This document shows positions 1 through 11,800 of a DNA stretch of 64,000 nt, in pieces. This stretch comes from the human T2T-CHM13v2.0 reference genome, Homo sapiens. The notes beneath the pieces are model-generated. The model searched no databases, was not told where the DNA came from, and was given only the letters and a program-made list of their open reading frames with translations. Each line of letters starts with the position of its first letter. Position 1 is the stretch's first letter. Location of the stretch: assembly GCF_009914755.1 (NCBI RefSeq), contig NC_060927.1; one strand, 5' to 3'. The position numbers and the translations under genes are program-made.

Positions 1-784
1 ATCCCCTAAATTCAAGTAACTAAAGATTCTTTGACTTCCAAATTGAGCACTGGCAACTTTCCTACTAGAGAGCATTTCCTCATTCCTGGTTTTGAAAAAT
101 TAGTTCATTTCTTAAAAAAAAAATTAATGCCTTTATATACAGTTATTGAGCTACTATCATGTGCCAGATTCAAAATTCAGCTCGGGAGGGATCAGAAGTA
201 GAACATAGTCCCTGCCGTGGAGAGGGCCATCCTAGATGATATGAGATGTAAACGTATAAGCCTCATATATTTTTCACAAGAGAGCAATGGAGTTGCCCAT
301 AGGAAAGCTTCATCCATTTTTCCTGGGGAGGTTATGGGAAAGTCTCCCAGAAGAGCTGCTATTAGGATAAATGTGGGAAAAAATAGTAGAGATCCAGAGT
401 TAAGTGCTAGTAGGCAAGGCCATTTGGTGCGTTTAAGCCCTTAGTCATTGCCCCACTGCCATGTACTTTCTGTGAGCAAGGTACCTGCTCAGGCCTCAGG
501 AATAAATCAGACTTTGCCCCTATACAAGGAGCCCAGGCTTATTTTCAAGCTGGGGAATACATGTTGTCTGTAGGCAGCCAAAGGAAAAGGCCAGAGGAAT
601 GGGCTGTTCTCAACTGTTACACCTCCTCCTCTGCGTTAGCTTTTTCAGGGAGAGTGTGGCTAAACACCGGAAGAAGGATTTGTACAGGTGTAGGGAAGGG
701 AAGAAGAGTGCCTCTTTCCTCTCTGCCTTCCCACTGCTAGGGCTTTTGGTCCTGGGGATCCACAGTAGAGCTCGGGAAAGGATG

Positions 785-966
785 ATGGGCACTGCACCCA
801 CAGTGTGAGAGAGCTACGGGCAGTGTTCCTATAGTGTGTGTATGCTGTTCTCATAGCGCATGAGAGCTGTGCATGGTGTTCCTATAGAGCGTGAGAGCTA
901 TGGGCGCTGTTCCCATACTGCGTGAGAGCTATGGGTGCTGTTGCTATCGTGTATGAGAGCTATGTG
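785..966. repeat. Degenerate 31-bp minisatellite (~5.5 units)
   Basis: GAGAGCT recurs at 809, 862, 893, 924 and 955 (period 31, one shortened unit). Unit is approximately GTGAGAGCTATGGGCGCTGTTCCCATACTGC. Confidence 0.85.
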
Positions 967-1600
967 GCGATGTGGCACTCTTACCGCCACTTCCCCCCTC
1001 CTGTGTTCTTAGCAGGCATACCTAAACTGATCACAGTACTCTTCCTTGCTGGGCTCAGCTTGGGGTCTCACTATCCTTCTCAACACGATCCTTTGAACAG
1101 CCACTAATCATTGACTGGGAATAGGCATATGAGTCAAAATATTTTGGCTTTTCTTTCCTAGAATTCAGAGAAAAGGGTTAGACATGTACTCGATTTCCAG
1201 GATTGTAAGTTGTGAATCTGCTTCTGCATAGTTTGTGAGGATAGAAAAGCAGACAGGCTTAGAGAGGCTTCTTTCAGGAATAAATGCACTGGCTGGTGTG
1301 TCCCGTGGTTTTTCTCTTGGGAACTCAACCAGTCAGAGACTAGATCGGGTATCACTTCTACCGACTTAAGGGAAGTATAACAGATGAGGGGAAATCAGCC
1401 AAATCAAGTAGCTAACATGTGGGAAATGGAGGGGACTCAAATACATTATTTTGGTTGCCTAAGAAAGGGCTTTCCCAGTGGTGCGCTGAGGGGAGGTGTG
1501 TTACTAATATAACAAGGAGAGAAGATGTTCCATGGTCAAAAGAGTATGAAAACAAAATTAAGCAAATTTTAATATTACTAGAATTAATAAGGCAACATTA

Positions 1601-1840
1601 ATAATTGCTACCATTTATTAGGCACTTACAATGTGCCAGGCACTATTGTAAGTTCTTCACATGCATAACTGCATTGAATTTCCTCAGTAATTTTATGAAG
1701 GAGAAATTATTTCATTTCCATTTTGTAGATGAGCAAATGGAGGCTCAGGGGGATTAACCTGTTCTAAATTTACACCCATTAAATAGGAGCACTAAGAAGC
1801 AAACTGAAGTCCGTCTGGGCCTAGAGTTACAAGCTCTAAT
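1601..1840 (-). mobile_element. MIR SINE
   Basis: Reverse-complement MIR core: ccatttattaggcacttacaatgtgccaggcac ... ccattttgtagatgag ... gaggctcag. Confidence 0.75.
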
Positions 1841-2569
1841 TACAAAATTTCTTCATTCCACTTGAAAACCTCCCAAAGCTTTTACTATTTTTATATGCAT
1901 TTGGAATCTCCAAGTGAAAGGTAGAATCAGAGCATTTTCCGAGTATATGTAAGCATATTTTCAGAAACCATTTTTTTCCTCAAACTATCTTGCGAGACTA
2001 GTGTTCTGAGGAATATGTCTTTGGATAAGTGGAACTCAGGTTTTATTATACTTACAGTTTTGTCTTTATTAACACGCTTTTATAGTCAAGGTGTCATTTA
2101 ATTCTTGAGCTTGGCACAAGGTACATTAGGTATTATTAGAGCCATTTCACAGAGGGGGAAATTTATAATATATCAAATTCAAGTAACTTTCTCAAGTTTT
2201 ACATTAAAGCATGGAGGAGAAGAAGGTAGAATATAGTCGATTAAGGTAGATTTAAGAGAATATGAGGTAAATTATCACCATTTTTACTGCTGGTATGAGA
2301 ATATGGTGAAGATTAATTGTATTTTGATAGTAGTAAGCAGCCTTTACTGGCCTAAAAATGAGCTTGGATATATGTTAAGTATTTCTACTTTCTAGAGTTC
2401 TGCCATGGTCTGGAAACTATTTGTGTTAGAGAAGGGAAAGGAACCATTAATGGAATAGAGATATGCCAGAGAATTTGCCAAGTAGCAAGAAGTAAAAGAA
2501 TGGAAGGAACTGTTACTTGATCAAACCACAGAAATCAATGAGAAGATAAGGTTGACACAACAAAGTAGA

Positions 2570-4170
2570 ATAACTTACAATGTAAAATTACCAGGAAGGA
2601 ATTGAATCAAGTGTTTTGATTATTACATTAGTTGCTAATGAACTAAATGCATTCATTGAAAGGACAGATGATATCAGGTAGGGTTATAATATGAAATCCA
2701 TTAATAAATTGGGTTAAACACACACAAAGCAAGTGAAAATAATGGAATAGTCAGAGTGACAGGCAAAGGCAAACAAAATAAAAGAAAAAAGTGTTATATT
2801 TGGTAAAATTTCTGGTTTAAAGCACTAAACAGTTGAAGATAGACATCACATAATTATAAAAAACACAATTTGTTAAGAAGATGTAGTGATCATAAACCTA
2901 TATGTACCAAGCAGGGTAGCTAAATATCTCAAGCAAAAACTACAAGAAATGCAACAGGAACTTAAAATAATCATACCGGGAGATTTTAGCACAGCTCTTT
3001 CAAAATTGGACAGATTTTTAGAAAACGGATGACATAGGAGTCTTGAATAAAAACAAACTCAATATATATAGAGAACCTTCAATCCCTCAAGTAAAGTATA
3101 TATCGTTTTCTCCCTTATGTTTATGAAATACGTATAAAATCTGTTATGTATTTGGCTACAAACATGTTAACAAATTTTTTAAAGTAAGTATTTTACAGGA
3201 TGGTAAAAAACAAAACAAACAAACAAACAAAAAAAACAAAACTCCAAGCATAAGCCAATACATTTAGGAAAAAATAAAGCATGACCAAAAACTTAATTCC
3301 TAGGATGTTAACAGATACATTCTTAGATACCTTTTGGATTAAATAGAAAATAGCAGCTGTAAGGAAAGTAGTAGTAAAATCACACATATCCAATCATAGG
3401 GATACAATAAAATCTTCAATGAGACAAAAATGCATAGCCTTAAATGTCTTCATTATTTAAGGACGACAAAAAATAAAGGAGCTTACTATTTGTCTTACTA
3501 TTTTGACATCAAGGTAGACAAAGTAGGAAGAGAGAAATAAGTTAACAGTTGAAATTAATGAGGTAGAAAACAACCAACAGAAGTTAAAAAAAGAAGAAAA
3601 GAACTACAGATTCAAATGTTGTTTTTTGCAAAGATCAATAAAACACTCAAAGTTTTCCAAGCTAGAATGAAGAAAAAGAAAAGTGAAAAAATAAAGATTA
3701 TTAGAATCAAGCCATAATCATACATTTAGGAAATATCAGGCTAATTATAAGACAATATTGTCATAAACTTAGAGGAAATGGATAATTTTTTTGGCAAAAT
3801 AATAATCATCAAACTTGACTCAAAATGTAGAAAACACAACTAGATCAACAGCCCTAGAAGAGAGATTGGAAAGATAACAAATACTTTCCATTGAAAAAGG
3901 TGTAAGAATTGTTTTATTTTTAATGATACAAAGGCATCATAACTTTAACATTCAAACCTAATAATGATTGCAGCAAAAGAAAGCCTAAGATAAGTTTTAC
4001 TTATGAATAAAGATACAACATTCAAAGTTAAACAACAAATGAAATATAGCCAAGCATGACAAAAAAAATGATGAAAAAGTAGGGCTTATTCTAGGAATGC
4101 AAAGGTGGTTTAACATTACCAAACCTACCAGCATAATTCATTTCATAGAAAAGTTAAAGGATAGATACCT
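2570..4170 (+). mobile_element. Ancient L1M fragment (ORF2 endonuclease to RT-proximal region), heavily decayed
   Basis: A-rich. Contains L1 ORF2 remnants such as aatgaactaaatgcattcattgaaaggacaga, cataaacctatatgtacc, gcaaagatcaataaa and cttattctaggaatgcaaaggtggtttaacat. Confidence 0.75.
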
Positions 4171-5431
4171 TAAAGGGTAAATTGCATATTAGATATAAGT
4201 CCACAATTTTTCATCCCAAACTCTTAGAGCCAGATATATTTTAGAATTAAAAATATTTGCATCTTAAAAAGGAAATAAATTTGCTTGTACAATTATGCCC
4301 AGAGGCAACTGGGGTACTGGAACATGTGAATGTTCACATGGAATGGATAGAATCTAACATCAGTTTTAAGGTTTATGTGTACAGTAAAGCTTGTAAAAAA
4401 GTAAATAGAGCATACATTGATAAATATGGATTATATTTTTAAGAAAACCTTTCAGGAAATGTTTAAGCATATGCGGGTTTCAACTAAATCAAATACCTGT
4501 ACTTATACGTTGAGTAAATGCTGCTTCCATCTGGTTGTTTGAGGAAGATATATCAGTATTGCCTTTGGACATTTGAGGATTTGCCACAAATGGGATTCTC
4601 AAGTGATAAATCATCACTTTAACTGACAGCCTTCAGTCTTTTTCCCACTGTCATTGGTTTCATTATAAGCTTTCATTCAGGTGTTAGCTCATTAATTGAG
4701 TAAAGTGCCTTAATCTCTTGTACATTGACAAATACACATTGTTCAAGACCAACTATTATTTAATATTTCTTGTTGACCATATTCATCTATATGGATTTCT
4801 TTTTCACTTATGTTCACAATAACATCCTCCTTATCATTACTAATGTTCTTAAACTTACCTGTATTTAACACCACCATTCAGCCATTTTTCCCATCACCCA
4901 AGGAAGACACAACAGGTATATCATGGTTAAAGCTCAGTATTTTTTTCAATGACAACTTCTTTTTATTCTGTAATTATTCTGGCAAGCAAGATAATCTTAT
5001 CTTGTCATTACACATATGAAGTCCTTCAAAATCTTCACATTTTCAAAATCTGTGGCAAGCATTTGTTAATGTTAACTCATCAACATTGTTCCAACTGTAA
5101 CAACTATGTAAATGGCATCCTCAAGACTAAGCTCTTTAAGGAAATCTTAAACTCCTAAGTTCCCTGTTCAATATAGTGAGCATAGAATTTAAAAAGTGTT
5201 TGTACTTACTCTTCATGGAGCATAGCATATCTTGATCATGGGGCTTTTTAAAAATAGGTATGTTTCACAGAAATAAGTATCAACCACGTTGTTTGTCATA
5301 AGAAGTTTAATATACAGAGCACAAGTCCAGGAACAATACTATTCTACAATTTTCTTCCAGTCCAACTTAAGCCTCCGGTACAAAGTACTGTTCAATGTAC
5401 CAGAAAAAAATTCATGTAATTACCCTATGTT

Positions 5432-5754
5432 CTTTTTTCTTTTAACAGATTTATTGAGATATAATTTATATACCAATTTAAATAGTTCCATCCAATGGTT
5501 TTTAGTATATTCACAGTTGCACAACCATTGCATCTGATTTCTGAGCATTATCATTATCTCCAGATGAAACCATTTACCCATTAGCAGTCACTTCCCATTC
5601 CCTCTTTTCCCAGCCCCTGGCAACCATTAATCTTTCTGTCTCTAGATTTCCCTATTCTTGATATTTTATATAAATGTAATCATATGGCAGGTGGCATTTT
5701 GTGACTAGCTTCTTTCACTTAACAAATGTTTTCAAGGTTCATCGATGTTGTAGC
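5432..5754 (-). mobile_element. L1MB-type 3' end fragment inserted in the Tigger element
   Basis: T-tail, then tttattgagatataattt...agtatattcacagttg...cccagcccctggcaaccattaatct...ttttcaaggttcatc, typical of an antisense L1MB 3' UTR. Confidence 0.8.
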
Positions 5755-6341
5755 GTTGTGAATGTTGGCTTTTTCTGTGATTAACTTTTTTACCCCTTAT
5801 AGCTGTCTCAGGCTTTGGCATATGCAAACATAGTCAACATATCTATTAGGATCCATATACCTCTTGGTGTTATTGATTGTTAATGTTTTTCTAAGAATAT
5901 AGTGCGAATTCAGAGCTGTTTTACCAACATATAAGTTTGTTCAAGACTAAAGGTTTCAGCAGATGTTATCTTGGCAAATTGTCAGTGTAACTTGAAAAAA
6001 TCACTAGAATACTTTTCACTTTTGATTTTTCAGATATTTTACACTGTGCCACGTGTTACTTTCTGTAGCTGATGTTCTGAATAGTTATACCTCCTGCTAA
6101 TGTCCAATTGTTTAAAGTATATTCTAGAATGTTTCAAGACTGAAAAACCAGTCAATGGCACCTGTCAACTCTTTGGTAAAAAAAAAAAAAAAATCCACTC
6201 AGTACACTGTCAAGATCTTCATTTTTTTTTAACTGTTTGCAATATTTTCCCATTTATCATTAATTCTCGGTCATGATTATCACTGTGAAACTCCTATAAC
6301 TTGTCTCTTTTGTTTAAGTCTCATAGATTCTTCACCATATT

Positions 6342-6707
6342 TTATATGACGTGGCTCTGTGTCCTCAACCAAATCTCATCTCGAATTGTAATCTCCAGGT
6401 GTCAAGGGAGGGACCTGGCAAGAGGTGACTGGATCGTGGGGGCGATTCCCACATGCTGTTCTTATGATAATCAGGGAGTTCTCACGAGATCTGCTTGTTT
6501 GATAAGTGTCTGGCAGTTTCCCTGTGCTCTCTCTCACCTGCTGCCATGTAAGTTGGGCCTTGCTTCTCCTTCATCTTCAGCCATGATTGTAAGTTTCCTG
6601 AGACCTCCCCAGCCATGTGGAACTGTGAGTCAATTAAATGTCTTTTGTTTATAAGTTACCTAGTCTTAGGTAATATCTTTACAGCAATATGAGAACAGAC
6701 TAACACG
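6342..6707 (+). mobile_element. THE1D-type MaLR solo LTR
   Basis: tggctctgtgtcctcaaccaaatctcatctcgaattgtaatc...cagccatgtggaactgtgagtcaattaaa...gactaacac. 5-bp TSD ATATT at 6337-6341 and 6708-6712. Confidence 0.9.
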
Positions 6708-7081
6708 ATATTCATCAGTAGGTATCTTGCAGATAGACCTTGATCAAGCTTTTGTGCTGACTCCACCTTCCATGCTACTGGTCGTGACAATTCCTGTTCT
6801 GTTATCCATTGGCATATATTTAGTTCTTTCTGATACTTTCATGGTGTAATTAAATCCAAAATTACAAGAATAGCAAGGAACAGAAGATATTCTTATGACT
6901 GGCAGAATCACTGATACCCAGGTGACGCTTCAGTTCAAGTTGGGTTTTGCCACAAATTATTTTGGTGCCACATTGAAAGGAAAAACAACTTTCACTTTCT
7001 AAAACTTTTCATTTCAGTTTGTCAGACTTCTCAGGTCTCCAGATTGAGGATCAGGGATTATGGGCCTGTATTTTCTGGGTT

Positions 7082-7310
7082 ACATGCTCCTCATTTGTGC
7101 TTCCATAGCCACATGCTCCTCATTTGTGCTTCCATATCCCTTTGCATATATCTTTATCATAGCATTTGGCGTATTGAATTGAAGTTATTTTTCCATATCT
7201 AATCTCTGTTTGTAATAGACTATGAGGAGCCATGTCTTAATCAGGTTTTTTTGGTCTCAGTGCCTGAAATTAGGAGGCTCTCAGCAAATGTTTGTTGTAT
7301 TAATGAATAA
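7082..7310 (+). mobile_element. L2 3' end fragment (contains a 29-bp tandem duplication)
   Basis: tagactatgagg...ctcagtgcctg...ctcagcaaatgtttgttgtattaatgaataaa, an L2 3' terminus. Confidence 0.55.
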
Positions 7311-7412
7311 ATACATACTTCAAATGATTTAGATGTCTAGGAGGGTGGGAATGTTGTAGTCTAGAGCCTGCATGGGAAAACCTGAGGATTAGAATCTGAT
7401 TTTATGCTTATA

Positions 7413-7632
7413 CCAGGGTGTCTCAATGGTTATCCTACTGACACTTTGGGTTGGATCGTTCTTGGTTATGAAGGCTGTCCTGCACAATGTGGGATCTTCA
7501 GCAGCATCCCTGGCTTCTTCCCACTGGATGTCAGCAGCATCCTTCCGTTACCTCCCATTCGATAATAAAAATCTTCAAACATTGTCAGATATTTCTTGGG
7601 GGAACAAAACTATACCAGCAGAGAACTGCTGG
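7413..7632 (+). mobile_element. MER20 (hAT-Charlie MITE)
   Basis: cagggtgtctcaa...gctgtcctgcacaatgtggga...cagcagcatccctggc...cccactggatgtcagcagca...gagaactgctg. Confidence 0.8.
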
Positions 7633-7639
7633 TCTATAC

Positions 7640-7830
7640 AATCTTGGATTTGAGAGTCAATACCCCTGTGTTGAACTATTACTCTGTCATTTATGAGCAG
7701 TGCAAGTCAACGTAGAAGGGACACCAAAATTCCATTTATAAAATGGGACAATAGTACAGGTCTTCTAAGATGATTATGAAAATTACATAACAGCATGAAA
7801 AAGGTCAATGAAAGGTAGCTTTGAAATCGT
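7640..7830 (+). mobile_element. MIR fragment
   Basis: ccatttataaaatgggacaatagtac...gattatgaaaattacat, a degenerate MIR core. Confidence 0.45.
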
Positions 7831-8269
7831 GTCAGTAATATTGGAGTACACAGAGCCTTCAGGTGTAGGGTGTGAAGATCTGGATCTGTAACCGTATCTA
7901 TTTCTCTCCACATGTTTATGTGTATGAGTGTGTGAATTTCTGTGTTTTTATGGCAATTTCTGTCAGTGTCTCTCCCTGTCCATAAAGCCATTCATGTTTG
8001 CCTGTATGCTGATGTCTCTCTCTAGCTCTAGTTCTGTATCTCTTTGTCTCTCTCTGCTTTCCCCCCCACCCTCATGTATGAATACTAATATGTCAGGAAA
8101 TTATGGAGTTTGAAGAAACTGGAGTTGTGGGGACAAATCAGGATGGGGTTGTAGTGATTTAGACATAAGGTGGTGAAGGTTGGAATTGGAATGGTCAATC
8201 CAAGGAATACTTGAAATAAGTCATGACAGAACTTTGCAATTGGCAGAGGAGAGCATGTGCTAGAATTGA

Positions 8270-8480
8270 AAAAGTTGGGAGTTTTTGACTCAGATCAGAG
8301 TTGAATTCTTGATTCTGCTAAGTGGCAATTGGGAGACATTGGATGAGCTATTCCAAGGTGCTGAACTTGGTTTGTCCTGAAAATGGTGATAATGCCTATC
8401 TTGAACTGCTACGAAGGCTTCAGACATTGTATAGAGGTTAGCAGAAAATATTAGGCACTCAAGAGAAGTTAGCTACAATT
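8270..8480 (+). mobile_element. MIR fragment
   Basis: tgactcagatcagagttgaattcttgattctgc...aaaatggtgataatgcctatc...taggcactcaagagaagttagcta. Confidence 0.5.
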
Positions 8481-9550
8481 TATGTGGGACAAAGAGAGAG
8501 GGAGATGAAAACCAAGTTGTCTTGGAGGTGGAGGAAGACCGTAGATGGTGAGCAGAAGCGATCTGATTTGTGTAGATGGAGTGTTTCAGTGAGCAGCCTC
8601 ATTTCAATTTGAGTAAAGGGATAAGTAAATTTTCTATAGTAAGGGAGGCTTCTAGCAAACCAGCCTTACATTTTATAGCACTGTTGGGCATTTATGCACC
8701 CCAAGAAGGTCATTTATAGTTTTTACAAGCCTAGATAGATTTGGAACACTTTGGTTTGCACTTGAATACAAAATCCACCCCCTCCAAGAAGTGCCGTGAA
8801 ATACGACTGAAGAAATCCATGATATTGTTTATACTGCCGCGTGAATGTGGAACATGACGAATGAGAGTAATAGCTGGTAACCAATATTAGATCATGATGA
8901 CAAGGAAATTCATTGTTGGGAACTTTCCTATAAAGAATGGATAGTACTATCAATCCATTCTCGCAGTCAGAAAGTTACTTTTTGAGAAATTATCCTTTCC
9001 ACCTCTACTTTGCCTTCTCATGGTACTGCAGTTTGATTTAATGCCTTTCTCTCAATGCCAGCTTTTGCACAAAATGCCTTTCACTTTTCTAATGCTGTGC
9101 CACATATTGGTGATCATTAATTTAGAGTGCTGGGGTTGTTGCAGTTTTTATTAGGCATTGTGATAAATCTTGTATTTGTATATTTTCTGGCTGTGTGTTT
9201 TTTATCTATGAAATAGGCATGAGCTTCACTCTGGCTCTTGGGTGTGGGTCTTGGGAAGTACATAAAACAGTTTTAAAATTTCCATCTAGCTCCAACCTTC
9301 TTTTTCGCATTTATTTGTAGGGCTTTGTGTGGGATTGGGATAAACATGATCTGGTGGCTAGCTATGGTTTTTTTTCTGCCCTACATCTCATCTCTTTGCT
9401 TCTGATAACTGTACTTTGCCTTTCTGTTGGAGGCCACTGCCTCTCCTATTCCATGGACCTACTGTACTATTTTGGAAGGAAGGGCATGTCATGAATATTG
9501 ATCAGAATACCCCACTTCCTGGTCATAGTGATTGGTTTATAAATTGGCAT

Positions 9551-10398
9551 TTTCATTCATTCACTCAACAATGTTTATGGAGCATGTGTGAGGCACTGGT
9601 TTTTATTCTTGTGGTTACAGCAGTGAGCAAAATAGGGTCTCTGTCCATACAGAATTTACTGTTTAGTTGGAGAAGACATAAACTAAGCCAGTAAACAGAA
9701 ATTAAATAAAAATCTCAGGGATCGGGTGTGGTGGCTCACATCTGTAATCCCAGCACTTTGGGAGGCTAAGGCGGGTGAATCACTTGAGGTTAGAAGTTTG
9801 ACACCAGCCTGGCTAACATGGTGAAACCCCATCTCTACTAAAAATACAAAAATTAGACATGGTGGCACGCACCATTTATCCCAGGTATTTGGGAGGCTGA
9901 GGCGTGAGAACGAATTGAACCCGGGAGGTAGAGGTTGCAGTGAGATCGTGCTTCTGCACTCCAGCCTGGGTGACTGAGTGAGACTGTTTCTAAAAAAAAA
10001 AAAAAAAACCCCAAAAAGTCAGATAATGGTATTACTTAAAAAATAAAAAGCATGGAAGAGGTTTGAGAGTGATGGGAATGGTGAGCTGCGATTTTAGAAA
10101 GGGAGCTCATGGAAGACTTCTATGGTAAGGTGACATTTGATCTGAAAGAAGTGAAGGAATATGGCATATGACTATGTTAGAGAAAAGCATTTTGGGCAGG
10201 GGAAACTGCCCAGTGCAATGGCCCTCAGCTGTAGCCAGGAGGGCAATGTGACTAGAATAGCAAGAGCAAGGCCAGAATAATAGGAAATGACGACAGAGTG
10301 GCAGCTGGGACAAAATCACACTGGAGCTCATGGATAATGAGGACTTTGGGTTCATTGGATGTATGAAGGGAAGACCTTGGAGGGTTTTGAATACAGCA
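9551..10398 (-). mobile_element. L2 (L2a-like) 3' portion, itself interrupted by an Alu
   Basis: (ttca)n tail, ttcactcaacaatgtttat...ggttacagcagtgagcaaaatag, aggtgacatttgatctga, ggagggttttgaa. Confidence 0.75.
9720..10008 (+). mobile_element. AluS
   Basis: Dimeric Alu with middle ctactaaaaatacaaaaatt and a poly-A tail. Confidence 0.95.
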
Positions 10399-11059
10399 GT
10401 GACCAAAAAGGGTTAATCAGAAGCTTTCCTGAGCTGTGACTTCGGGAGACTGGCAGAGAAAGGGTACTTCTTCACCTTTGGGATGATAAGCTACTAGAAT
10501 GATGTAAGATGGAGCTGCTACAGTCATTTTCCTGGTCACATAGATAAAGGTACTTGTAGCATGGAAATATTGAAGCCAATACAAAAAGAGAAATTAAAAA
10601 AACAAAACAAAACAAAAAACCAGAAGATGGATAGAAAGAAAAAGAACTCTGCCTATATAAGACCCTGGACCCAGCTATTCCTGAAGTACCTCTGGTTATG
10701 TGAATCAATACAGTTGATTTTTGGTTTGACCGCTGTTGAGTGTGATTCAAGTGAGGTTATTTGTCACCTAGAGTCCTGAGCAATCATCACTGTTTTGATG
10801 GTGTCCATTAGTAATACTCAATTTTTATTTATTATTGTGTTAGTAATGACTAACAAAACCCACCATTTTACTTGATCTCATTTAAGTCTCATAATTATTC
10901 AGTGAGGTAAGCAGACAAATAATCTGACTTGGTGATGAAGAAAGAGGCCAAGGGCATTGCACTGAGCGATCTCCTTGATGTTAAGCAGGCAATAATTGGA
11001 AAAGCCAGAACTTGACAGATGTTCTGCATGACTATAAAATCCATACTTTCTCCATTTTT

Positions 11060-11800
<741 letters not shown>

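Larger units (their letters stand above)
4530..6815 (-). pseudogene. Decayed pogo-family (CENP-B HTH + DDE_1) transposase, Tigger4/Jerky-like
   Basis: Manual minus-strand translation with frameshifts and stops gives colinear blocks: KVESAQKLDQGLS..TDEYG, ELMINGKILQTVKKNEDLDSVL (~6200-6270), VPLTGFSVLKHSRIY, FAKITSAETFSLEQTY..KTAL (~5910-5980), YFVPEA, GLEENCRIVLFLDLCS (~5316-5365), PHDQDMLCSMKSKYK (~5199-5243), EDAIY, EDFEG, VVSSLGDG, GLEQCVF. Confidence 0.85.
4196..7068 (-). mobile_element. Full-length Tigger/pogo (TcMar) DNA transposon fossil with MER46C-type ends, Zombi/Tigger4-related
   Basis: TA at 4194-4195 and 7069-7070. Left end taagtccacaat... and right end ...gggattatgggcctg form degenerate TIRs matching the recalled MER46C ends (CAGGTCCACAATCCC...GGGATTGTGGACCTG). 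Transposase remnant inside. Interrupted by an L1 fragment and a THE1D LTR. Confidence 0.85.
9372..10783 (+). mobile_element. MLT1K-type MaLR LTR, split at 9550/10399 by an L2 insertion
   Basis: Halves rejoin as gtgattggtttataaattggcat|gtgaccaaaaagggttaatcaga, matching the recalled MLT1K GTGATTGGTTCAGGGATGGGCACGTGACCCAAG..CCAATCAGA. Confidence 0.7.

Noticed and set aside
785-966. Minisatellite as a CRISPR-like array or iron-responsive element (cagtgt loop at 821-826)
   Set aside because: Units are contiguous with no unique spacers and the DNA is primate. The CAGUGN loop lacks the 5-bp upper stem and C-bulge, and occurs in one unit only.
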